The notes under the pieces: model-generated
The model's database searches: none
What the model was told of the DNA's origin: nothing
The model's input: the letters and a program-made list of their open reading frames with translations, nothing else
Part shown: positions 1 through 9,342 of the stretch, piece by piece
Position numbering within the stretch: the first letter of the stretch is position 1
How the letters are laid out: the number at the start of each line of letters is the position of its first letter
Position numbers and translations under genes: made by a program
Virus record (IMG/VR): IMGVR_UViG_3300029967_000162
Span: 1 to 64,000 of that record
Length of the DNA stretch: 64,000 bases
Direction: 5' to 3' (one strand)
From: a virus
Lineage: Duplodnaviria > Caudoviricetes

Positions 1-8
1 CTTGTCAT

Positions 9-47
9 TTAAGTTTCACCTACTTGCCCAGATTTTTCTATGCAGAA
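9..47 (-). repeat. 39-bp conserved site, copy 1 (TTCTGCATAGAAAAATCTGGGCAAGTAGGTGAAACTTAA on - strand)
   Basis: Exact reverse complement of 156-194; positions 1-47 are identical to 4601-4647, suggesting a paralogous leftward gene just outside the window. Confidence 0.95.
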
Positions 48-155
48 CAAGATTGAGGTTGAAGGTCATTCTAGAAGGCATTCTGTTTCAACCAAACAAA
101 ATCTTTAAAGTCTTCAAGACTTAGTGACTGCTAATGACTTAAATCTCCTTTATTA

Positions 156-194
156 TTCTGCATAGAAAAATCTGGGCAAGTAGGTGAAACTTAA
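156..194 (+). repeat. 39-bp conserved site, copy 2
   Basis: Ends 11 nt upstream of ATG 206; 148-216 is identical to 8485-8553 (69 bp). Confidence 0.95.
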
Positions 195-205
195 CTAGAA
201 GAGTC

Positions 206-1063
206 ATGGCAAATGGACCGATGCTGACAGAAGAAGCGGTCAATACCCTTCTTGAGACACAAATGAAACAGGATGGCACAAGCACGTCTCCAAAGTACTT
301 TGACCCTGTGAGCAAGTTGAATGGAGCTGTGAGATGTCCAGTTGTAGATGACATGGATGATGGAGTAGAGACAAAGATTGGAAGTGTCACATACTTCTAT
401 TCATTCAACATCCCCTCTAAGTACCAAGCTGGTGATCTCTTCTTTGACATGGACATTGTCAAAAAAGCAAAAGAAAGAAAGACTGCTGGATCTCTTGTCT
501 TGACTTTCTCTTACTCTGCTTCTACAGCAGCAACTAAAGGAGATTCAATCACAGTGTGCATCATTGCTTCACAGTCACAAAGCCAAGGCAGCTTGTGCAC
601 ATCATTGACGCTCCCAGCAAATAACAGCTCTGTCACATGGACAATATACCAAGACGAGATTGATGACTTGAATGATGGCCATATCACTGGCCTCTCTGAC
701 TTTGACCAACTTGAGTGCTATGGCCCAAGCAACAAGTATCAGGCACAAGCTCAATTGCAGCTCACCAACAACACAAGCAATTCAGTCACTGTCAGGATTG
801 TGAAGAATGCAACAACATACTCAGCAACTTTGCAAGTCACCAATGACTACAGCTACACAGTCACTTACAATGTTGAGTGGTCTTCTGGTGCATCATATGG
901 CAATGAAGTGCAAGCTGGAAAGACTTCAAGCTTCACAGTCAACATGAGCTCATCTTCAGAGAGTGGCACTGTCACGTTCTACAATGGGAACACACACCTC
1001 ATAGATGAAGATTGGTCTGGTACATTCACATCAGGCAAGACAACAAAGATACAGATAGGCTAG
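206..1063 (+). CDS. Ser/Thr-rich virion protein, putative tail fibre/receptor-binding variant (MANGPMLTE type)
   Basis: 285 aa, beta-rich; N-terminus shared with the 8543 gene (MANGPMLTE..PKY..YFY..Y.AG.LF), C-terminus divergent. Confidence 0.55.
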   Translation: MANGPMLTEEAVNTLLETQMKQDGTSTSPKYFDPVSKLNGAVRCPVVDDMDDGVETKIGSVTYFYSFNIPSKYQAGDLFFDMDIVKKAKERKTAGSLVLTFSYSASTAATKGDSITVCIIASQSQSQGSLCTSLTLPANNSSVTWTIYQDEIDDLNDGHITGLSDFDQLECYGPSNKYQAQAQLQLTNNTSNSVTVRIVKNATTYSATLQVTNDYSYTVTYNVEWSSGASYGNEVQAGKTSSFTVNMSSSSESGTVTFYNGNTHLIDEDWSGTFTSGKTTKIQIG

Positions 1064-1088
1064 ACTAAGCTAGAGGTTGTCAAAGGCA

Positions 1089-1122
1089 AAAGAAAAGAGC
1101 ATGCAATGCATGCTCTTTTCTT
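1089..1122. terminator. Bidirectional intrinsic terminator
   Basis: Hairpin aagaaaagagcatgc-aat-gcatgctcttttctt between convergent genes. Confidence 0.75.
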
Positions 1123-1146
1123 GATCTACAACAGAGCAACTTGCTC

Positions 1147-2178
1147 CTAAAGCGTATTCCATACAAGGCCTTCAGTCACGACATAGTCTGCATAGTCCTT
1201 CACAGCTTTTGCAGTAGCAATGCCAGTCCTGCCATTTGCAACATCGGTGCTAGAGTCAACATAAGTTGCAGACACAACGACAGCACCATCAGTATTCTCA
1301 GCAGAGATGTACTGGTTATCACCTGCAACACTCACTACAGGAAGAGCTACACGATTGACACTAATGATACCATCAACTTCACCGACAAATGACACATAAT
1401 AGTTCTCAATACTGGTGTCAACATAGTCAAGATTTGAGATCTTATCATCAATCTCATCAATGTCGATGAGGTCAGTGACATTGACAGAGACGACATCACC
1501 ATTAGAATTGGCAATAGTGAGGTCGATGTAAGTAGAGCCATCAGAGTGAGTGTTGACCTCACCTTTCTTGACAACCATGTCTTTAGGGATGTTGATCACA
1601 CCAGCAGTCTTAGTGCCTTGAGTGATTGTGTAGACGGCTGCATAGTCGTTGGAATTTTCATCCTTTGTTATTGTGATAGAAGCATCAACTGCTGCATTAG
1701 CAAGGCGGGTAGAGATGTCAATGAGAGAGGCATCTACAGTCTCATAGACATATGTAGAGAGGTCAACTACAGTTGCTTCATCTGCAACAAGAGATGCATC
1801 TACCTTGCCAAGGCTTGTCTCAATTGCATTGACACTTGTGTCAAGCTTTCCAATGCTGCCGTCAACTACATCAAGGTGAGAGTTTATCTTGTCAAACTCA
1901 GCCTTAGAAGTGGGGTAGAAGCTGACAGAAGAGTTCACTACATTGCCATTGGCATCTACAGTCGTGAGAGTGAGCACCTTAGTAGAAGAGTCATCTGCTG
2001 TAGAGAGGACAGCATCAAACACATTGGAGGTGTAAAGCCTGCCAGTTCCATCTTTCACCTGGCCATAAACCCTAGCACCATTTCCATCAGTGAGAGCAAG
2101 ATAATAAAGGCCATTAACATTAGGAGAAGATTGTGGATAATTAGCAAACGCACCTTTATAAAATTTTACTTGTGCCAT
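1147..2178 (-). CDS. Putative virion fibre/structural protein with D[AT]S[ILV] repeats
   Basis: 343 aa; repeated VDASL/DTSV/DLST coiled-coil-like motifs; INIPKDMVV motif; ATAAATA upstream. Confidence 0.55.
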   Translation of the reverse strand: MAQVKFYKGAFANYPQSSPNVNGLYYLALTDGNGARVYGQVKDGTGRLYTSNVFDAVLSTADDSSTKVLTLTTVDANGNVVNSSVSFYPTSKAEFDKINSHLDVVDGSIGKLDTSVNAIETSLGKVDASLVADEATVVDLSTYVYETVDASLIDISTRLANAAVDASITITKDENSNDYAAVYTITQGTKTAGVINIPKDMVVKKGEVNTHSDGSTYIDLTIANSNGDVVSVNVTDLIDIDEIDDKISNLDYVDTSIENYYVSFVGEVDGIISVNRVALPVVSVAGDNQYISAENTDGAVVVSATYVDSSTDVANGRTGIATAKAVKDYADYVVTEGLVWNTL

Positions 2179-2292
2179 TCAAAATAACTTTAATTTTAAT
2201 ATTTATTAGACAATAGGAAAGAAAAGCTGAAGCAAATGCAATGACAGTCATCTTCTTGATAAATTTAATGAGTTAAAATTTCTCTTTTTAGA

Positions 2293-3018
2293 ATGATGTC
2301 TGTCATGAAGCATATAGATGAAAAAGTTCTTGGAAGGGCTGAAGGTAATGAATTGTACACCAAGATAGATGATGCAATTATCAAAGAAGAAGCCATTGCC
2401 AAGAACATCGTGCAAGTGAACAAAGAGTCTTGCTGCGTCAAGAGTGACTACACCCATGATCATCCAGCACAGATTTGGCTATATGGCAAAGATGAGAAGC
2501 ACAACCCTACACACCTTGTCAATGAGCCAAAGTATTGGAGGCTTGAAGGTGATGACATGTATCTAGACACCAAAGACCCAGGAGACTTGTTGAACATCCA
2601 AGTGTCTGGATATTATTATGGTCCAGTGAAAGTCGGGAACATAGCTGGTTCATACAAGATCAACTTTGTTGACCATAGCTTCACGCCTGGGAGGAGAGAC
2701 TTCATAGTGAGGTTGAAAGATGTGTTGAGGTGGCTTCCACAGCATGCAGAGCAGCTCACTGTCAGCTTTGGGAATCTCAAGTACTACCAAGTTGGGTTGC
2801 AATCTAAAGATGTCTTGGAGCTGTTCAAGAGCATCTCAGAGCGCTGCACAACTGTCACATTCTTTGGGCTTGGGCCAACCATCAAGAGGTCAGCTGTGCT
2901 GAGGAAGAAGATGGAAGCAATCTACAACAGCATGGAGAATCCAAGCAACATCCCATTTGAATGGTGAATAGACAGAGGAGACAAGTCCATGCTGATCGAT
3001 GCAAAAATGCTAGCATAA
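2293..3018 (+). CDS. Hypothetical protein, paralogue of 3023-3742
   Basis: TGA 2965 read as Trp extends the ORF to TAA 3018, 4 nt before the next start; shares EK.L..Y.KID and P.HA...T motifs with its neighbour. Confidence 0.7.
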
Positions 3019-3022
3019 AAAG

Positions 3023-3742
3023 ATGACACTGAATGAGAAGATACTTTCAAGCAATCCAACACAAAGTGCTTATGGCAAGATAGACAATGAGATAAAGAGA
3101 GATGAAGTGAGGAAGGAGCTTGATGCATGCAATTGGCAAGGCATGTTGAAATTCATGGGGGTCAAGCAAGCAATCATATTCCCACCATATGAGTCTAATC
3201 CAAACCCAGAGAAGAACAGCATCATCATACAAGACAATGCAAGAATAACATCTCTGGAAGGATATTTAAAGATAACTATATTCATACCAGAGTTCATCAG
3301 AGACTACCACATAAGAGTGGGGGAAGTTGATGAGTATGAGTTGGCTTGCAGAGAGAAGTGGTATTCAAATGAGATAGTGTGTGGGTGTCCAGGCAAGCGA
3401 TTGCATGGAGATGAGCTGCTTGTAGAGATGTTCCCAGAGCATGCAAAGATGTTCACCCTCAGGATTCCTGGTGCAGCGGTGGTCTTTGATGAGAGGCAGC
3501 TCTTGCAGGTCTTCAAAGAAGCTGTCAAGTGCTCAGACATGACTAGGTTCAGTGACATGGCAGAGCATCTTGAGAGATTGTGGAGAGCATGGCCGGAGAT
3601 GAAAGAATGCTTTGAAGCTGTCTGGAATGACAATAGAGCCAATATCAAAGGCAAATTCATGATAGACTTCTTTAGATACAGCTCACCAATGATAGACTGG
3701 AAGCCATATCTTGAGAAGTATGGCATTGACAAGCTTCAGTAG
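3023..3742 (+). CDS. Hypothetical protein
   Basis: 239-aa ORF beginning MTLNEK. Confidence 0.7.
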   Translation: MTLNEKILSSNPTQSAYGKIDNEIKRDEVRKELDACNWQGMLKFMGVKQAIIFPPYESNPNPEKNSIIIQDNARITSLEGYLKITIFIPEFIRDYHIRVGEVDEYELACREKWYSNEIVCGCPGKRLHGDELLVEMFPEHAKMFTLRIPGAAVVFDERQLLQVFKEAVKCSDMTRFSDMAEHLERLWRAWPEMKECFEAVWNDNRANIKGKFMIDFFRYSSPMIDWKPYLEKYGIDKLQ

Positions 3743-4591
3743 CTAAGATCTTGTAGATGCAGTCCAAGTCTGCGCTGTACCAGATATCATACTCCGCATT
3801 TCATACCATAGATTGTGTGTAGCAACCCTATTTTGTGTTTGTACACCTCCAGTAGCAACTACATAGATAGCACCATATGTCTGTTGGCTATCTGATGGGC
3901 TGCTTTCGGTTGCGAAGTTAGACCAAGTGAGTCCAGAGACAGACACCCCACTCTTCAATTCAGCTCCAGTACACCTACTCATGGTATAGTACTGTCCAGA
4001 TGAATTATAAAGTGCTTCTCCAGCTTTGGTGCAAAGACATACAATATATGATGTTGATGATGTTGCTCCAGCCCATACTATCTTCAATGCTCCTTGGCTT
4101 GAAGAGCCAGAAGTAGCTTTTATCTCTATTGTGTAGGTGCCCCCTACTGTCACATAGCCCGCCCCAGAAGTGTCTCCACTATAAGTGTATCCTTTCTTCA
4201 AGCTCGAGTCTGTTATCTTCCAGCCACATGGGTAGCTTGAAGTCTTAGAAGTCATTATGACCGACTTCTGTGTGTTTGTCAAGTCTAGTGTTCCAGACAC
4301 TGCTCTTTGGAGCTGCACTGTCAGCTTGTCCCATCCAGATGCACTGAGCTTGACATATCCAACTCATCCTCTAGTTATATCTACTAAGCACACAAGTTGG
4401 TTGTCTTCATATGAGGTCTTTGTTGCTGTACACAATGCATTGACTTCAAATGCTGCATTGCTAGCCCCATTCTTCTCTAGATCAACTGTCTGGTCATATC
4501 TAAGGCAATATGTGTTATCATATGTGTAGTTAGTGTTACTGTTAATGTATGTGGAGATGTCATCTCATTTTGCTATCACATAAGAAGCCAT
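3743..4591 (-). CDS. Ser/Thr/Gly-rich virion protein, putative tail fibre/receptor-binding variant (MASYVIAKW type)
   Basis: ATG 4591 with in-frame TGAs at 4565 and 4364; 282 aa; N-terminal IAKW..I...C..Y...SY.DNQLV.LVDI motif resembles Bacteroidota-phage tail-protein N-termini. Confidence 0.6.
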
Positions 4592-4608
4592 AGGATGTGC
4601 CTTGTCAT

Positions 4609-4647
4609 TTAAGTTTCACCTACTTGCCCAGATTTTTCTATGCAGAA
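4609..4647 (-). repeat. 39-bp conserved site, copy 3
   Basis: Identical to copy 1; ends 17 nt upstream of ATG 4591. Confidence 0.95.
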
Positions 4648-4719
4648 TAATCAGGAACCAAGTAGATTGTTAGCATTCAAACACTTGTAGAGACATTTCA
4701 ATCTCTTAAAATGTTTTGT

Positions 4720-4750
4720 TAAATTTGTTCTAACAATTTGAGTTATTTAT
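4720..4750. promoter_or_regulatory. Overlapping promoters: Bacteroidota-type -7 box (TAAATTTG, + strand, 4720-4727) toward the recombinase and late-type ATAAATA (- strand, 4744-4750) toward site copy 3
   Basis: Motif matches only. Confidence 0.4.
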
Positions 4751-4759
4751 CACAAGATC

Positions 4760-5575
4760 ATGAAAACGTCAGAGTTTGAAAAGGTATTCACACAGTGCTA
4801 TCCATCAATGCACAAGCTGCTCAATGAAATCAGAGTGGTCACTGGGAACCTCTCAACAGCTAACTTGAAGAGAGCATCTGTGCAGATGAAAGTCTTCAAG
4901 CACTTGCAATCTGCATATGTTGGAAACACAGCAAATGCTTACATCTCATGGACAAAGAGAGTCTTGAAGAAGATGAAAGTTGAGTGCATAGACTTCAAGC
5001 TGCACAAGTGTGACACGATGAACATATCTCTAGATGTTGATGAGCTGAAGAGGATAGAGAAGCTCAAATTGAAGAGCATGAAGATGGAATATGTGAGAGA
5101 CTTGTTCTTGCTCTCATGCTACACTGGGGCTAGGTTCTCTGATGTTGTGAGCTTCAGTGGGAGCAACATATGTGATGGAATGCTTGTCTGGCAACAACAC
5201 AAGACAAAGCGTAGGTGTGTTGTGCCAGCTACACAAAAAGTGAAGAGGCTTGTGTCACAAGTGAGCATGATGAGATGCAAAGCATTGCCAAACAACATAG
5301 TGAATGTGTGGCTCAAGGCAATATGCCAACTTGCAAAGGTTGACAATGAAGTGACTGTGATCAAGAATGGCAAAGTGATGAAAGTGAAGAAACATGAAGC
5401 AGTGTCATTCCACACAGCTCGAAGGACATTCTGCACAGTCTTGTATGAGAATGGAGTAGATTTGCTTGATGTGTCTAAGCTCGCTGGTCATTCATCTATA
5501 GAGATGACAAAGCGATATATCACATCATCAATCAAGCAAGTGTCTAAAGAAAAGTTGTTGAAGTACTTGATGTGA
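4760..5575 (+). CDS. Tyrosine recombinase (integrase/invertase family)
   Basis: TGARFSD (R), KT, SFHTARRTF (H-x-x-R), LAGHSS (H), TKRY (Y); terminal TGA probably a real stop. Confidence 0.92.
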   Translation: MKTSEFEKVFTQCYPSMHKLLNEIRVVTGNLSTANLKRASVQMKVFKHLQSAYVGNTANAYISWTKRVLKKMKVECIDFKLHKCDTMNISLDVDELKRIEKLKLKSMKMEYVRDLFLLSCYTGARFSDVVSFSGSNICDGMLVWQQHKTKRRCVVPATQKVKRLVSQVSMMRCKALPNNIVNVWLKAICQLAKVDNEVTVIKNGKVMKVKKHEAVSFHTARRTFCTVLYENGVDLLDVSKLAGHSSIEMTKRYITSSIKQVSKEKLLKYLM

Positions 5576-5580
5576 GCCCT

Positions 5581-6483
5581 CTATCCTTCCACCAAATATC
5601 TGTTTCGCTTTGCAATCTTCTCAATGACAACTTCATTCATGGCAAGCCCAAACTCATAAGTTCTCATCACTTTCTCTTCTGCTTTGTCAATCAAGAGAAG
5701 TGACTTTTTCTTGAAGAACCTCTTGAATCCTTCTATTGTTTGACATTTAGGTTCAAGCTTCATGAAACATGATATAGCTTTGAGCACATCATCATTAGAG
5801 GTGTTGTCGAAGTTGTTTGTTAGCCAAAGCTTGAAGTCTTTGTAAATCATGAGAATCTCCGGCTTCTCTCCTTTTCTTCCAATGATTCTATGCTTTCTTC
5901 CATCTATTGCGGCTTCGACAGAGAATGCATTCTTCTCTGTTGGGTCTCAAAGCATGTATATGATGTCTAGCATATATGCAAGATTGTTGCTCATAGGAAG
6001 CTTTCTTAGCTCTATCAACTCTTCATAGTCAATGTTGCCATCTTTCTTGAGCACATTGTCTATCTTTTCTTGCTTTTCATTCTTGTTCTGGAATCTTTCA
6101 TATATCTCATAGATATGGTTGATCTCATGACATATTGCTCTTTCAATTCCAATAGGATCTATAGATCTTGATATAATCAGATTGATAGAGACTTCACAAA
6201 GTTGATTGTTTTCTTCATCATACTGTACACAATTCTCACCTAAATACTCTACATATGAATTTGTGTATTCAACTGAAATAGTGATGTCTTTGAAGTCATC
6301 TCTCAACAATGGATACATCTCTTGTGGAATTTGCATTTGATTTCCAATGCCAACTTTTGGAAATGCATTGATGACATAGTTTCTTATTGCAATGACATCT
6401 GGCCAATATCTATAAGCAGCTAACCCACTTTTTTCACATATTAGATATGGTATCTTCTTCATTCTGTCAATTCTAAATATCAT
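5581..6483 (-). CDS. HExxH metallopeptidase-like family, paralogue 1
   Basis: AAYRYWPDV, CHEINH, YML*DPTEKNAF with TGA 5947 read as Trp. Confidence 0.75.
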
Positions 6484-6502
6484 AATATATTGTACAATTT
6501 CA

Positions 6503-7429
6503 TTATTGCAAAACATATTTGTGGCCTTCTGCTAAGTACCTATTTCGCATTGCTATCTTTTTCATTATGCTTTCATTCATAGAGAGCCCAAACTCATAAG
6601 TTCTCATCACTTGCTCTTTAGCTTTGCTGATCAAGAACAACGACTTTTTCTTGAAGAAATTCTTGAAGCTATCTATTGAATCATATTTTTGGTTGAGTTT
6701 CTTGAAGCAATCTTTAGCTTTAGATATGTCGTTGTTTGAGACTTTGTCAAAGTCATTCAACAAGAACTTTTCAAAATCTGCATAGATCTTGAATATCTCT
6801 GGTTTTTCACCTTTGCCTCTTCCATCTCTATAAAGTCTTCCGTCTAACACAGCTTCAGAAGAGAATGCATTCTTCTCAGTTGGGTCTCAAAGCATGTATA
6901 TGATGTCTAACATATATGCAAGATAGTTTGATATTGGTAGTTGTCTCAATTCCATGAGTTTGTCATAGTCGACATTTCCATCTTTTGCTAACAACCTTTC
7001 TATTGTTTTCTTTTCATTCTCTCTATCTTTAGGTCTTTCATATATCTCATACAGATGATTGATTTCATGGCAAATTGCTTTTTCAATCTCCACTAACTTG
7101 AGGTCTTTTGAAATATCTAAATTGATAAATGGATCACATAACCCTCTTTCTTTACTATATCCTACACCATTAGATCCACTGCATTCATTATGCAAGTTAG
7201 TGTATCTTACATTGATTTCAATTCCATTGAAATCTTCGCTCAACAATGGATACACTTCACAAGGAATGGTGAAGTCTTCATATAGCTTTACTTGTGGAAA
7301 GTGATTTATGATATAATTTCTTATTGCTATGACATCTGGTCAATATTTGTAAGCTGCTAGGCCGCTTTTCTCATATACTAGATATGTTTTTCTTTCTATT
7401 CTAATTCTTGGGCCGTTCCAAAGTAACAT
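6503..7429 (-). CDS. HExxH metallopeptidase-like family, paralogue 2
   Basis: ATG 7429; TGAs at 7340 (AAYKY*PDV) and 6887 (YML*DP) align with Trp in paralogues. Confidence 0.75.
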
Positions 7430-7452
7430 TATTCTTGTGTCTTTATTTTTGA

Positions 7453-8372
7453 TTACCACCAAAAGCCCTCTACAAGATATTGGTTCTTCCTTGCGAGCTG
7501 CTCCATCACTGATTCTTTCAGCTCTAATCCGGTCTCATAGCATTTCCTCACTTGTCTCTCAGCTCAATCTATCAATTTCAATGAAGTGCCTTTGAAATAT
7601 TTCTTGAATCTCTCAAGGTCTTTATATTTCTCTAGTAGCTCTTTGTAACAACTTTTTATAGTCTCAACTTGTTCAGCTGGCATGTTGTCTCATCTTTCAA
7701 GAATGAATTTTCTAAAGTCTTGATATGTCCAAGGATTCCAGGGATGCAAGTCTTGCCATATGGGTTCTTGTTTTTTCTTGCATCTATTGCTACTTCTGTT
7801 GAAAATGCATTTCTTTCAGATGGATCTCAAAGCATATACAAGATGTCAAGACAATATGCAACATCATTGTTTGTTGGGGTGTCTCTCAAGTTCATCAATA
7901 CATCATAGTTCAAGTTGCCATTTATTCCTAACAATGCTTTTATTGTTGCATCTTCATCTTTCTTGTTGTTAGGCATCTGATACATTGCATATAGATGGTT
8001 GATCTCATTGCAAAGCACTTTCTCTATGCCAACTAAAGAAAGACTGTATGAAATCCATAAGTTCATGTATGGCTCAATGAGAGTCTCTCCATCAATGTCA
8101 TAGCTTGCTCCAGAGTTTCCTTCATATTTGTAGTTCTTTCTGTATTCTACATGAATCTTCAAGTCTTCAAATGTATGCAAAAGAATTGGATACCTATCAA
8201 CAGGTATGTCTATTGCATTATTTGTAGCACTAGGATACAAGCATACAATTGCATCACGTATTGATATCACATCTGACCAATACTTGTAAGCGGCTAACCC
8301 TCTTTTTTCATAGAAAACACATGGATTTGATTTTTTAGTTGGATGGCTTATTGAACTGTGATAGAGCAACAT
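7453..8372 (-). CDS. HExxH family paralogue 3 (NEINH variant; frameshift near 7731)
   Basis: AAYKYWSDV, CNEINH, YML*DPSERNAF; C-terminal half (YQDFRKF...NQYLVEG) continues in another frame. Confidence 0.65.
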
Positions 8373-8492
8373 GATGTTGTGCCTAAATTTTAATTTATAA
8401 AGATTTATGAACTATAAGGTCAAAAATCAACTATAAATTTTTTAAATTCTTATTAAATATTTATCATACAATGACTTAAGCCTTCTTTATTA

Positions 8493-8531
8493 TTCTGCAT
8501 AGAAAAATCTGGGCAAGTAGGTGAAACTTAA
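8493..8531 (+). repeat. 39-bp conserved site, copy 4
   Basis: Identical to copy 2; ends 11 nt upstream of ATG 8543. Confidence 0.95.
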
Positions 8532-8542
8532 CTAGAAGAGTC

Positions 8543-9298
8543 ATGGCAAATGGCCCTATGCTGACTGAGAAAAATTGCAATGCAAACTCTCATGGAACTT
8601 TGTTTTCAAATGCAACAAACAGATGTCCTAAATATACTGAAGTCAATGGTGTGTTTTCTAAAGTTAGTGACTCATCATATTTCTATTGCACTGTGCTCTC
8701 TAATTATAGAGCTGGTCACTTGTTTTGGCAGATGCAAGTGCAAGGTGCACCATTGCTCACGGTTGATGCATCAAACTTTGACTCTATTTCAATTGCTTTG
8801 TCCCCTATAGCAACAACAGTTGGAAAGATAACAAAGCAAGTGATGCCTTACACTGGACAAATATCATGAGAAGTCAAAGATTTTTCAACAGCTAAAGGAT
8901 ATTCAGACATCTCTACAAACACTTCAACTGGCAAGGTAGTCTTGACTCCTGGTGTAGAATCAAAAATCAAAGTGTATGCAGTTGAGTCAACTGTTGGATT
9001 GACAATCACATTGAAAGGTTCTTCTTCATATACAGTGATTTTGGTTTGGTGTGCAAACACTGCAGTTGGAACTGTGCCTTCAAAGTATGATGTGATATAT
9101 AGTGGCATCAAAGCTACATACACCTACACACAATACAAGACGCAAAGTGGCTGGCAGTCACAACAAGACACTGGTAGAAACTGAGTTGCTGCTCTCAACA
9201 ATAACGGCAACAAAGTCCTTGCCATCATTAGTGGTGCCAGTGCAATTGGTGGGATGGCAAGCTATGGAACTGCTCAATCTCTTACGATTACAGTATAA
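8543..9298 (+). CDS. Ser/Thr-rich virion protein, putative tail fibre/RBP variant (MANGPMLTE type)
   Basis: TGAs at 8867 and 9182 read through give 251 aa ending at TAA 9298; N-terminus homologous to the 206 gene. Confidence 0.6.
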
Positions 9299-9342
9299 AT
9301 ATGAATGTTCCTGAATGGACATTTAATAATCAGACATAAAAC

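Noticed and set aside
4609-8531. Transposon bounded by terminal inverted repeats carrying the recombinase
   Set aside because: No target duplication; the same outer flanks recur at sites 1 and 2, and the sites are fixed relative to start codons. Less likely than switching sites, though not fully excluded
206-9298. Diversity-generating retroelement acting on the fibre genes
   Set aside because: No reverse transcriptase and no adenine-mismatched TR/VR pair seen in the window
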